Shown in pieces: positions 9,208 to 20,790 of a DNA stretch of 64,000 nt. Below the pieces are notes generated by a model. It saw nothing but the letters and a program-made list of their open reading frames with translations, had not been told where the DNA came from and searched no databases. The stretch covers positions 124,001 to 188,000 of the forward strand of contig NZ_JMCB01000003.1 of assembly GCF_000737315.1 (NCBI RefSeq), given 5' to 3'. The stretch's first letter is position 1. Each line of letters opens with the position of its first letter. This DNA is from Hyalangium minutum. GTDB lineage: Bacteria; Myxococcota; Myxococcia; Myxococcales; Myxococcaceae. The translations under genes were made by a program, and so were the position numbers.

Positions 9208-10263
9208 TCAGGTCAGCAACTGGCCCACTTGTCCAGCCAGCTCCAGGTCAAAGGGATCGAACTCCAGCGAGCCCATGAGGACGGCCATCTTGGGGTCTCT
9301 CTGTCCGGTGGCGATCTGCAGGAAGTCGTCGTCCTTGCTGCGCACCGTCACCCGAGGCGTGCCGTTCAAGCCTTTCTTGACCCACTGCTTCTGCGCGCCG
9401 AGATCCACGGTCCACTGACCGCCATGGTTGCCACTGATATCCAGATGGACCACCGCCCCAATGCTTCGGGCGAGTTCTCGCTTCGTCTCGATGCGCCGGG
9501 GCAGTTCCCGCTCGATCAGCGTGCGCACGGTGAGCGGCGCCTCCGCTTTGGAGGGGGCTTTGTTCGCGGCCGCCTTCTTTGTGGCCACCTTCTTCGCGGC
9601 CGCCTTCTTGGCTGGGGCGGCTTTCCCTAGCGGCTTCTTCTCCACGCTCTTCTTCGTGGCAGCCTTCTTCGCGGACTTTCGTGGCGCGGCCTTGGGGGAT
9701 TCCTCCTCGTCTTCCGCAGGCTCTTCCGAGCCCTGGTCCGCCACGGCTTTGATCTTCTCCTCATTCTGCTTGCGGAACTTGTCGAAGGCGTCTCTGGAGA
9801 AGAGGGAGCTCCCCTCGTCCTTGGCCTTGCGGAACACTTTCTCCAGGTCTTCCTGAGAGGCGTTTGGGTTCTTGAAGTACTCCATGGCCACGCGGCCCAT
9901 GGCCCAGTTGGCGGCGAAGGCGGGGACCACCGTGAGCAGGGCTCCGATGATGGGCAACAAGGCCTTGATGCCTTGCCGCGCCAGGAAGCCGACGCCGGCG
10001 GTGGCGCCCAGCTCGAGGATGAGATCTTTGGCTGAGGCCTTGTCGACCTTCCGGCCATAGATGTGACCGATCGTCATCACCATGCCGGTCTGGATGGGCA
10101 GCATCAGCACTACATCCGAGAGCGGAATGGGCGAGATGGAGACCACCGCAGAGGCATAGGAGCACAGGTTGATGACATCTCGCGCAGCCTGGTCCCTCTG
10201 CGCCACGGATGCCTTGCTGAAGTCCCGCGTCCGGATGTCATCCAGCGTATCGAGCCACGACAT
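9208..10263 (-). CDS. DUF697/YcjF-like domain, Lys/Ala-rich linker and SCP2 sterol-carrier domain fusion
   Basis: Start moved to ATG 10263 (MSWLDTLDD). The N-half has SPIPLSDVVLMLPIQTGMVMTIGHIYG (DUF697-like). The middle has KKAA repeats. The C-terminus has HLDISG..GGQWTVDL..VTVRSKDDDFLQIATGQRDPKMAVLMGSL (SCP2-like). Confidence 0.75.
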   Translation of the reverse strand: MSWLDTLDDIRTRDFSKASVAQRDQAARDVINLCSYASAVVSISPIPLSDVVLMLPIQTGMVMTIGHIYGRKVDKASAKDLILELGATAGVGFLARQGIKALLPIIGALLTVVPAFAANWAMGRVAMEYFKNPNASQEDLEKVFRKAKDEGSSLFSRDAFDKFRKQNEEKIKAVADQGSEEPAEDEEESPKAAPRKSAKKAATKKSVEKKPLGKAAPAKKAAAKKVATKKAAANKAPSKAEAPLTVRTLIERELPRRIETKRELARSIGAVVHLDISGNHGGQWTVDLGAQKQWVKKGLNGTPRVTVRSKDDDFLQIATGQRDPKMAVLMGSLEFDPFDLELAGQVGQLLT

Positions 10264-10337
10264 GATTTCCCCCCTCCCGTGGGCCCAGCATACCCGCATC
10301 TCGTGCTCGGCAAGGGCCGCGCGCGGTCCAGTGGGGA

Positions 10338-11087
10338 TCAGTCCGTGTAGGCGAAGGCCTTCGGAGGTGTCCCAATCGGAGCCCGGAAGAGCAGGATCGC
10401 CGCGTGCCCGGAGAGGTTGCCCACGGCCAGGTAGATGTCCGGATCCCTGAGGGAGCCCAGCCCCAGCCGTGCCGGGGGCTTGCCGTACTTCTTCTCCATC
10501 TCCGCCATCGAGAGGACCTCGATGTCGTACAGATTCATCAGATCCGTGCGCTTCGTGCGCAGCTGCTTCACCCACGCGGCCACCAGCTCTTCCGGGGTGT
10601 TGTACCGCTTGTCCTCCAACTGGAACGGGTAGGTCAGCTCTCCCGCTGCCCGCCGAGCGTCCCCCGTGATCAGGTTCTCCAGGATGAACCGGGCCTCGGA
10701 CTTCACCTGCTCCCGTCTGTAGGTCTCCGCGTCATCCTTCTTCTCCGGGACTGGGGCTGCGGCAGCCGCCGGAGCAGGTGGGGCGGCCTGTGGCTTTGGC
10801 GCGGGAGCAGGCGCGGCCGTTGGAGCCGGTGCTGCGGCCGCCGGAGCAGGCTTCGGCGCAGGAGCAGGCGCCGCCGGAACTGGAGCGGTCGGCTGGGGCT
10901 CGGCCGGAGGTGGTTTGGCCTCAGACGGAGTCGGCTTCGCCTCCGCCGCAGGGGCAGGGGGAGGTGCCTTGGGCTCGGCTGCCTGAACGGCCGGCGGAGC
11001 CTGGGCCGGCTCGGCGGCTGGCTCGGGCGTCTGAGCGAGAGCAGGTGAGGTGAGGGTGACCATCAAGGCCAGGGTCCAGCGACGCAT
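10338..11087 (-). CDS. Secreted hypothetical protein with Pro/Ala-rich stalk and ~110-aa C-terminal domain
   Basis: SD GGAGG, then ATG 11087. Signal peptide MRRWTLALMVTLTSPALAQ, ~95-aa PA-rich region and a globular C-terminus. Confidence 0.75.
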   Translation of the reverse strand: MRRWTLALMVTLTSPALAQTPEPAAEPAQAPPAVQAAEPKAPPPAPAAEAKPTPSEAKPPPAEPQPTAPVPAAPAPAPKPAPAAAAPAPTAAPAPAPKPQAAPPAPAAAAAPVPEKKDDAETYRREQVKSEARFILENLITGDARRAAGELTYPFQLEDKRYNTPEELVAAWVKQLRTKRTDLMNLYDIEVLSMAEMEKKYGKPPARLGLGSLRDPDIYLAVGNLSGHAAILLFRAPIGTPPKAFAYTD

Positions 11088-11218
11088 GACACCTCCAAGG
11101 GGCCCGGGGGTTTTACCAGAGCCTTGCCCGGTTGGCCCGGTTCCCTCCGGGGGCCTCCAACACCCCGCGTTATTCACCGCGTGCATGTCCGGCGCGAGGT
11201 TGCTATGGGGGCCCCCCG

Positions 11219-14458
<3,240 letters not shown>

Positions 14459-14512
14459 GACGAGGAGCCACTCCCAATGGCACACTCGCGGGACATTCTC
14501 GGGAGGTGTGCC

Positions 14513-15421
14513 ATGTCGATGTGCGCTCGCGCTGCGCTGCTCTTGGGGCTGATGCTGGCTGCAGCCTGCACCAGCGGCCCCCGGCCGGAGATGGTCCTGG
14601 CCTCGGGCCAGGGGGGACCTTTCGGGCTGACCTCGGATTCGACGTACCTCTACTGGACCAACAGCACCGGTGGGCAGGTGATGCGCATACCGAAGGAGGG
14701 CGGTCCCCCCGTGACGCTCGCCTCTGGCCAGTTCGAGCCTCATGCCATCATCAGCAGCGGGCCCCACATGTTCTGGGCCAATCGGGGTAACCAGACGATC
14801 ATGAGAAAGCTGCTGCCGGGCGGTGATCCTGTTGTGGTGGCCACCGGGCAGCCGGATCTGGAGGGGCTGACGCTGACGGAAGACTTCGTCTACTGGGCCA
14901 GCGGCTCCTCAGTGGTGAGGAAGGCGTCGCTCTCCGACGGGGTTGTCTCCGCGGTGACGGATGTGCCCAGTGGCCCCAAGGATCTCGCCATCAGCGGCAG
15001 CCCGCACATCTACTGGTCCAACGCCGATGGCTCCATCCGCCGCGCGCCGCTGGAGGGCGGGAGGGAAGAGATCGTCGCGAAAGCGGGGCAGAACGCCACC
15101 AGCCTCGCGCTCAATAGCACGCACGTGTACTGGACCACGTTCTTCGGCGCGATCCACCGCGCCCCCCGGGACGGGGGGACCGTGGAGACGCTCGCGGAGG
15201 GGGAAGACCATCCGCGCTCCATCGCGGTGGTGGACTCCTTCATCTATTGGGCGGCGGGCGGCGAGAAGGACGGGGCGATCCGGCGGATGCGCCACTTGGG
15301 CCTCGGCAAGCCGGAGACGTTTGCCGCGGAGCAGGGCGAACCGGCGGGAATCGTTATGGATTTGGAGAACATCTACTGGGTGAACCAGGCGAGCGGCACG
15401 GTGGTGCGTGCGCCCTTGTGA
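14513..15421 (+). CDS. Lipoprotein with seven YW-type repeats (DUF5050/YWTD-like beta-propeller)
   Basis: SD GGAGG at 14502-14506 and lipobox LAAAC. Repeats YLYWTN, HMFWAN, FVYWAS, HIYWSN, HVYWTT, FIYWAA and NIYWVN are spaced about 40 aa apart. Confidence 0.8.
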   Translation: MSMCARAALLLGLMLAAACTSGPRPEMVLASGQGGPFGLTSDSTYLYWTNSTGGQVMRIPKEGGPPVTLASGQFEPHAIISSGPHMFWANRGNQTIMRKLLPGGDPVVVATGQPDLEGLTLTEDFVYWASGSSVVRKASLSDGVVSAVTDVPSGPKDLAISGSPHIYWSNADGSIRRAPLEGGREEIVAKAGQNATSLALNSTHVYWTTFFGAIHRAPRDGGTVETLAEGEDHPRSIAVVDSFIYWAAGGEKDGAIRRMRHLGLGKPETFAAEQGEPAGIVMDLENIYWVNQASGTVVRAPL

Positions 15422-15446
15422 GCCGGGCGCAACCTTGTCGGTGTCC

Positions 15447-15462
15447 TGGCGATAATTCCGCA
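15447..15462 (+). promoter_or_regulatory. Possible sigma54 (-24/-12) promoter of the C39 peptidase gene
   Basis: TGGCGATAATTCCGCA has GG-N10-GC spacing, but the -12 element is CCGC rather than TTGC. Confidence 0.3.
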
Positions 15463-15482
15463 TATTCGCGGAGATTGAAAAA

Positions 15483-16460
15483 ATGACCCGGATCAACGGC
15501 TCGCCCACCCCCCTGCGCCTGCGCTCCACTGAGGACTCGGCTCTGCCGCCGGCCTCCAAGCCCGTGGCCACGGCAGCCCCCGCGAAGCTGACGGGCTTCT
15601 CGGGCGCCTCCGGGTTCACTGGCGGCTCCTCCAATCCCTGGGTGGATGGCCCGCACGGCCGGGCTCCGAGCGGCGCTCAGAAGCTGTCGCCCAACGATCT
15701 GGGCGTGATTCCGCAGGACCAGGGCAACACCAACGCGTGTGGCACCACGTCGCTGGCCAATGTGCTGACGCACTGGGGCCAGTCCACCACGCACGAGCAG
15801 ATCGACAAGGACATCCGCGCCTTCGACATGTTCTCGGCGCCGGACAAGATCGTCGACTACGCGAACTCGCACGGCATGCGCGCGGAGATGAAGGTCGACG
15901 CCAGCGTGGATGACATCGCGAAGATGGTCGACCAGGGCGTGCCGCCGATCGTCCTGATGGACCCGGACAGCGACAAGAACCTCAACCTGCACTACGTGAC
16001 GGTGTCCGGCTACAACCGCGACGCGAACGGGAAGATCACGGATCTGGTGATCTCCGACAGCGCGGGCGGCGACCGCTACACGATGCCGGTGGAGGAGTTC
16101 CAGAAGAAGTGGGACGACCTCAAGATGAAGGGCGTCGGCACGGGCCTCAACAACGTGATGATCTCCGTGGTGCCCAACGACGGCCGGAAGATCACCGGTG
16201 GCGACGGGGTGACGCGCAGCGCCTCCGACATCCAGCTGCCCAAGTCCAGCTTCTGGAGCAACCTGAAGTCCAGCGCGGCTCGCGGCGTGGCCAACCTGCT
16301 GGCGAACGTGACCAACGGCGCCAGCAAGGTCTGGGACGGCGTCAAGACGGTGGGCAACGCCATTGCCGATGGCGTCAAGGCCGCAGGCAACGCCATCGGT
16401 AACGCCGCGTCCGCGGTGGCCGATGGCGCCAAGAAGCTCTGGAAGTCGATCTTCGGGTAG
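15483..16460 (+). CDS. C39-like (papain-fold) cysteine peptidase with disordered N-terminus and amphipathic C-terminal repeats
   Basis: QDQGNTNACGTTSLANVL (Gln oxyanion residue and catalytic Cys), LHYVTVSGY (His), VISDS (Asp). No signal peptide. Confidence 0.8.
   Translation: MTRINGSPTPLRLRSTEDSALPPASKPVATAAPAKLTGFSGASGFTGGSSNPWVDGPHGRAPSGAQKLSPNDLGVIPQDQGNTNACGTTSLANVLTHWGQSTTHEQIDKDIRAFDMFSAPDKIVDYANSHGMRAEMKVDASVDDIAKMVDQGVPPIVLMDPDSDKNLNLHYVTVSGYNRDANGKITDLVISDSAGGDRYTMPVEEFQKKWDDLKMKGVGTGLNNVMISVVPNDGRKITGGDGVTRSASDIQLPKSSFWSNLKSSAARGVANLLANVTNGASKVWDGVKTVGNAIADGVKAAGNAIGNAASAVADGAKKLWKSIFG
16329..16427 (+). repeat. Three imperfect 33-bp (11-aa) tandem coding repeats
   Basis: VWDGVKTVGNA / IADGVKAAGNA / IGNAASAVADG. 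Units 1 and 2 share GAYGGCGTCAAG...GGCAACGCC. Confidence 0.7.
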
Positions 16461-16472
16461 CTGTGTTTGGCC

Positions 16473-18260
16473 TTACTGTGCCGGGCTGTCTCCCAGCATC
16501 AGCCGCCGGAGGATCGGAACAGGCGGGTAGCCGTAGGAGACGGCTTGGTCGTGGAAGCGCTGGAGCGTGAAGCCCGAGCCCCAGCGGGCCCGCGCGTCCT
16601 CTCGCAGCTCCAGCAGCATCTTCTTGCCCAGCGCGTAGACGAGGTACGTGGGATCTGAGGTGCCCCGGCGCGCCTCGCGCTCGGCGTTGGTGTGCGTCAT
16701 GTACGCCTCCTCCTCGAAGAAGCGCACGGCCTGCTCGTACGTCATCCCCCGCGTGTGGAGCGAGAGCCCCACCACATAGCGCGCCAGGCGCTGCAGGTAG
16801 AGCGCGAGCTGGTTGAGGCGCAGCTTGTCCGCGTTGGGGCCGGTGCCGCCGTAGCCCTGCTCCAGCATCATCTGCTCGGTGTAGAGCCCCCATCCCTCGC
16901 TGAAGGAGCCCGAGCCCAGCATCCGCCGCACCTTCGAGTCCACACGGTTCGTCCACAGGAACTGCACGTAGTGGCCGGGGTAGGCCTCATGGATGGAGAC
17001 GAGCTGCAGCGCGTGGCGGTTGTAGAAGCTCATGTGCTGCTCGGTCTGCTCGGTGTTCCAAGAGGGCTCGGGCGGTGTCACGTAGTAGTAGGCCTCGGTG
17101 GCGCGCGTCTCGAAGGGCCCGGGCATGCTCATGCTGGCGAACGAGAGCGAGCGGTTGAACGCGGGCGTCTCGGCCACCAGGGCGCGCACGTCGCTGGGGA
17201 TGGTGATGATGCGCTGCTCCACGAGGAACTGGCGGATCTCCTCCAGCATGGCGCGCGTGGTGGGCACCAGCTCGGCCGGGGTGGGGTGCTCCTTGCCCAG
17301 CTCGCGGTAGACGTCCATGGGCGCCTTGCCGGGCGCGAGGCGCGCGGCCACCTCGCGGAACTGGCTCTGGGTGCGCTTCAGCTCCGCCTGGCCCCAGGCG
17401 AGCAGGGAGCCGATGTCCTCGGTGACGCCCTCTTCGTACTTGAGCTTTTGTCGGTAGAGCTCCTCGCCGATGGCGAAGTCCCCGTTCGAGCGGGGCAGCA
17501 GGTCCTCTCGCAGGAAGCGGATGAAGCCGTCGATGGCGGCCAGGCAGCGGGCCTGCTCCTGCTTGAAGGCGTCCTGCAGGGCGGCGTCCTTCACGGGCTC
17601 GAAGGCCTTGGGCAGGGTGTCCGCGTAGAGAGCGCGGGCGCCCTGGGCCTGCATGAGGGCGATCTCGGTCCACAGCTTGGGCGGGTTCTTCAGCGTGGCC
17701 TGCGCCGTGGTGAACACGGTGGGAACGCTCTTCATGCGGCTGATGGCCGAGCGCATGCGCTGCTCGAGCGGCGCGAAGTCCCGGTTCACGAGCTGGAAGA
17801 GGGCGAAGGAGGCTGTGTTCAGCCAGGTGTTGGGGTTGCGTTCCCAGGTGCGCAGGGTCTCTTGGTCCAGGATGCGTGCCCGGAGGTGGTTCTCGAGGAT
17901 GTCGTAGTCGGCCTGGTCGAGCGGCGGCAGGGCGGCGCGGTCCACCTTCTGGGGCAGGGCGGCAAGCTCGGCCTTGAGCTGGGCGAGGTAGGCGGCGCGC
18001 TCCTCGGGCGTAAAGCCCCGCAGCTCTCCATCATAGGTGTGGATGCCGGCTTGGGTGGCCTGGGTGGGGAAGCGGCGGAAGGTGTCCTCGAAGTGCGCGT
18101 TTACGAAGGCGCGCAGCGCCGTCTGGGCCGAGGATGGGCTCGTGGACTCGGCAGCCGGGGAGCCAGGGCCCTCCGTCTGGGAGGGCGGTCGCGAAGAGGT
18201 GCAGGCGGAGGACAACAGCAGGAGCGCGGAGAGGGCGCTCCTTGCACGCGGCGTGAACAT
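16473..18260 (-). CDS. DUF885-family lipoprotein (putative metallopeptidase)
   Basis: Start ATG 18260 and lipobox LSSAC. IHEAYPGHYVQ, FSEGWGLYTEQ, PTYLVYALG and LQRFHD motifs. Confidence 0.87.
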   Translation of the reverse strand: MFTPRARSALSALLLLSSACTSSRPPSQTEGPGSPAAESTSPSSAQTALRAFVNAHFEDTFRRFPTQATQAGIHTYDGELRGFTPEERAAYLAQLKAELAALPQKVDRAALPPLDQADYDILENHLRARILDQETLRTWERNPNTWLNTASFALFQLVNRDFAPLEQRMRSAISRMKSVPTVFTTAQATLKNPPKLWTEIALMQAQGARALYADTLPKAFEPVKDAALQDAFKQEQARCLAAIDGFIRFLREDLLPRSNGDFAIGEELYRQKLKYEEGVTEDIGSLLAWGQAELKRTQSQFREVAARLAPGKAPMDVYRELGKEHPTPAELVPTTRAMLEEIRQFLVEQRIITIPSDVRALVAETPAFNRSLSFASMSMPGPFETRATEAYYYVTPPEPSWNTEQTEQHMSFYNRHALQLVSIHEAYPGHYVQFLWTNRVDSKVRRMLGSGSFSEGWGLYTEQMMLEQGYGGTGPNADKLRLNQLALYLQRLARYVVGLSLHTRGMTYEQAVRFFEEEAYMTHTNAEREARRGTSDPTYLVYALGKKMLLELREDARARWGSGFTLQRFHDQAVSYGYPPVPILRRLMLGDSPAQ

Positions 18261-18369
18261 GAGGCCTCTGGGAGGAAGATGCCGCGGGAGCCTCGCCGAT
18301 ATGCGTGGGGCCGACAAGGCGAGGGCGCTCTCTCGGGGTTAATCTCTGGCCCATGCGCTGGAGGCTGCG

Positions 18370-19539
18370 GTGAGGAAGTGGATCGTCCTGGGGATTGTGG
18401 CTGTCCTGGTTGTGGGCACCTTCATCGGGCTGGACGTGGCCGCCACGCGCGCGGGCCGCCGGATGAACGGCGTCCATCCCGGGCCGCCCTACACCCCGAC
18501 CAAGCGAGGCGCCGCGCTGCACTCGCAGCTCTTCATCACGGATCTCCATGCGGATCCGCTGCTGTGGAACCGGGACCTGAACGAGCGCTCGAAGGATGGA
18601 CAGGTGGATGTGCCCCGGCTTCTGGAGGGCAACGTCTCCCTGCAGATCTTCAGCGTCGTCACCAAGACGCCGAAGCACATGAACACCGAGCGCAATGACG
18701 ACACCACGGATGACGTGCAGTTGCTCGCATTCGCGCAGCGGTGGCCGCCGAGCGCTTGGTTCAGCTTGAAGGCCCGGGCGCTGTACCAGGCCCGGAAGCT
18801 GGAGGACTTGGCGGAGGACTCGGACGGCAAGCTGGTGTTCATGCGCACGCGGGCGGAACTGGAGCAGTTCCTTATCGAGCGCCAGAAGGACAGGAACAAG
18901 GTGGGGGCGCTGCTCTCGCTCGAGGGTATGCACGCGCTCGAAGGCAAGGTGGAGGCGGTGGACGATCTGTACGCCGCGGGCTTCCGGATGCTGGGGTTCG
19001 CCCACTTCTTCGACAACGAGGTGAGCGGGTCGGCCCACGGCATGAAGAAGGAGGGGCTGACGGAACTCGGACGCGCCGTGGTGAAGCGGATGGAGGAGCG
19101 GGGCATGACGCTCGATCTTGCGCACTCATCGCGGAAGACCTTCGAGGACGTGCTTGCGATCGCCACCCGGCCGGTGGTCGTGTCGCACTCGGGGGTGAGG
19201 GGCACGTGTGACAACAACCGGAACCTGAGCGACAGCCAGCTCCGCGCCATTGCTCGGAACGGTGGGGTGGTGGGTATCGGCTACTGGAGCACCGCGACGT
19301 GTGGCAAGGACGCGAAGGCCATCGCCCGTGCCATCCGCTACGCGGTGTCCGTGGCCGGGCTCGAGCACGTCGGGCTTGGCTCGGACTTCGACGGGGCGGT
19401 GACGACTCCGTTCGACACCGCGGGCCTCGTGGAGGTGACCGACGCGCTGATCGCTGAGGGCTTCGGGGAAGGGGAGATCCGGAAGATCGCTGGAGAGAAT
19501 GTGCTGAGGGTCTTGCGAGCGAATCTCCCCGCTCAGTGA
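18370..19539 (+). CDS. Membrane dipeptidase (peptidase M19)
   Basis: N-terminal TM; DLHAD, LSLEG, GFAHF, DLAHSS, VVSHSG, RNLSD and GLGSDFDG. Confidence 0.9.
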   Translation: MRKWIVLGIVAVLVVGTFIGLDVAATRAGRRMNGVHPGPPYTPTKRGAALHSQLFITDLHADPLLWNRDLNERSKDGQVDVPRLLEGNVSLQIFSVVTKTPKHMNTERNDDTTDDVQLLAFAQRWPPSAWFSLKARALYQARKLEDLAEDSDGKLVFMRTRAELEQFLIERQKDRNKVGALLSLEGMHALEGKVEAVDDLYAAGFRMLGFAHFFDNEVSGSAHGMKKEGLTELGRAVVKRMEERGMTLDLAHSSRKTFEDVLAIATRPVVVSHSGVRGTCDNNRNLSDSQLRAIARNGGVVGIGYWSTATCGKDAKAIARAIRYAVSVAGLEHVGLGSDFDGAVTTPFDTAGLVEVTDALIAEGFGEGEIRKIAGENVLRVLRANLPAQ

Positions 19540-19548
19540 CGAAGGGGC

Positions 19549-20433
19549 TCAGTTCTCCACGGTGTACGTCTTGCGCAGGGGCTGGCCGTCGCGCTCGATC
19601 TGGAGCTCGATGCGCGAGGCGCCCTTCATGCTGTGGTAGGCCTCCATGGCGCGCATCGGATCATCGAGCGTGGAGCCGTTGATGCGCTGGAGGATGTCCC
19701 CGTTCTTCAGGCCGAGCTTGGCGTAGAGGGAGTCCGGCCTCATGGCGAACAGCTTGAAGCCCCTGGGCTTTCCGTCCGTGAAGGACGGCACCACCCGGGC
19801 CTGCGTGGCGATCTGGTTCAGGTTGGCCAGCGTGTTCTCCACGTCCTGGCGCGCGATGGCATAGGCGTCGGGGCCTGTCTGCCGCAGGGAGGAGCCAAAG
19901 CCCGTGGTGGGCGCGGCCGGAGCCGGTGGAGCAGATGGCATCCCGAGAGCCGCTGGGGCCGAGGTGAGGTCGAGGAGCTCCACCTGGCCGTTGTTCAAGA
20001 ACAGCACCCGGGTGCGCTCGATTGCGAGGACCTCGGCACCCTGAAGCGTGCTTCCCACGGCAATGGTGCGCGTGCGCTGGGACGTGGGCTCATACACGGA
20101 GGCCAGGGACATGTCCGTCGAGGCGGAGGTCAGGGTTCCCAGCAGCTTGAGCCCGAGCTGGGTGGGCACGGTGACGGTGAGGACGGCGGTGGAGGGCTGA
20201 CTAGGAGTTCGCAGGGACAGCCCCGTGTAGCGGGCCAGCTCTTCGGCGGAGAGGGGCATGACCGTGGCGGTCGAGGCGCTGACGGGCTCCTGTCGAGCGG
20301 GCTCCGAGGCGGTGGGGAGTGTCGCGAGCGACGCACCCAGGAGCGTGTTGACCGTTTGCGCCACCAGCAAGCACGCGCACGCGAGCATGGCGAAGGTAAA
20401 CGCATGAAACGCGGGACGAATGAGCGACCTCAT
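19549..20433 (-). CDS. gspC: Type II secretion system protein C (GspC) with PDZ domain, stand-alone copy
   Basis: SD GGAGG and N-terminal TM. HR domain (LKLLGTL...) and C-terminal PDZ (ARVVPSF..GFKLFAMRPDSLYAKLGLKNGDILQRING). Confidence 0.85.
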   Translation of the reverse strand: MRSLIRPAFHAFTFAMLACACLLVAQTVNTLLGASLATLPTASEPARQEPVSASTATVMPLSAEELARYTGLSLRTPSQPSTAVLTVTVPTQLGLKLLGTLTSASTDMSLASVYEPTSQRTRTIAVGSTLQGAEVLAIERTRVLFLNNGQVELLDLTSAPAALGMPSAPPAPAAPTTGFGSSLRQTGPDAYAIARQDVENTLANLNQIATQARVVPSFTDGKPRGFKLFAMRPDSLYAKLGLKNGDILQRINGSTLDDPMRAMEAYHSMKGASRIELQIERDGQPLRKTYTVEN

Positions 20434-20473
20434 GGGCAGCCTCCTGATGTGGACAGTGAATGCCCGCGCTCAA

Positions 20474-20490
20474 AGCAAGCCAGATACCAA
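20474..20490 (-). promoter_or_regulatory. Sigma54 (-24/-12) promoter candidate for gspC
   Basis: Minus strand TTGGTATCTGGCTTGCT has GG-N10-GC spacing with a TTGCT -12 box, about 40 bp upstream of the gspC start. Confidence 0.65.
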
Positions 20491-20556
20491 CCGCAGCACT
20501 GCGGGCTGCCCCGAGGGGGCGCTGCGAGGCCTGACCGGACTCGGGTTCGTGCCGCA

Positions 20557-20569
20557 TGACAGAGTGTCA
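20557..20569. promoter_or_regulatory. Inverted repeat TGACA-N3-TGTCA, candidate enhancer-binding-protein site
   Basis: Perfect 5-3-5 palindrome about 70-80 bp upstream of the putative -24 element. Confidence 0.4.
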
Positions 20570-20790
20570 ATGCGGGCCTGAGGGCCGTGACGACGCGTCT
20601 GCCGGAGGCCCCACCGTCCACGCAGGGAGACGCGAGTCCACGGCGTGAGACGGTCGTGAAGCAGGAATCAACGACTTCCCGGACGCGTGTCCCTTGGACC
20701 CACACAACCTGACGGGTAGGCGCGCCAATTGCTAACGGAATACGTCGGGGGAGCATTGACGCGCGCGCCCGTCCGCCGCACGCTTAGGGC

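Noticed and set aside
9208-10575. Extended starts in the ORF track (for example 10575, 11132, 27850, 30576, 32919, 43509, 48164, 57216, 59569)
   Set aside because: The extensions overlap neighbouring genes or promoters and look non-coding. Downstream starts with an SD, ATGA coupling or family-typical N-termini fit better.
10740-11010. GCAGG/GCCGG-like short repeats as a DNA repeat array or CRISPR
   Set aside because: They are explained by the Pro/Ala-rich coding stalk, with no constant repeat-spacer periodicity.
14478-14493. TGGCAC box upstream of the YW lipoprotein as a sigma54 promoter
   Set aside because: The -12 position reads GG rather than GC, so GG-N10-GC is not met.
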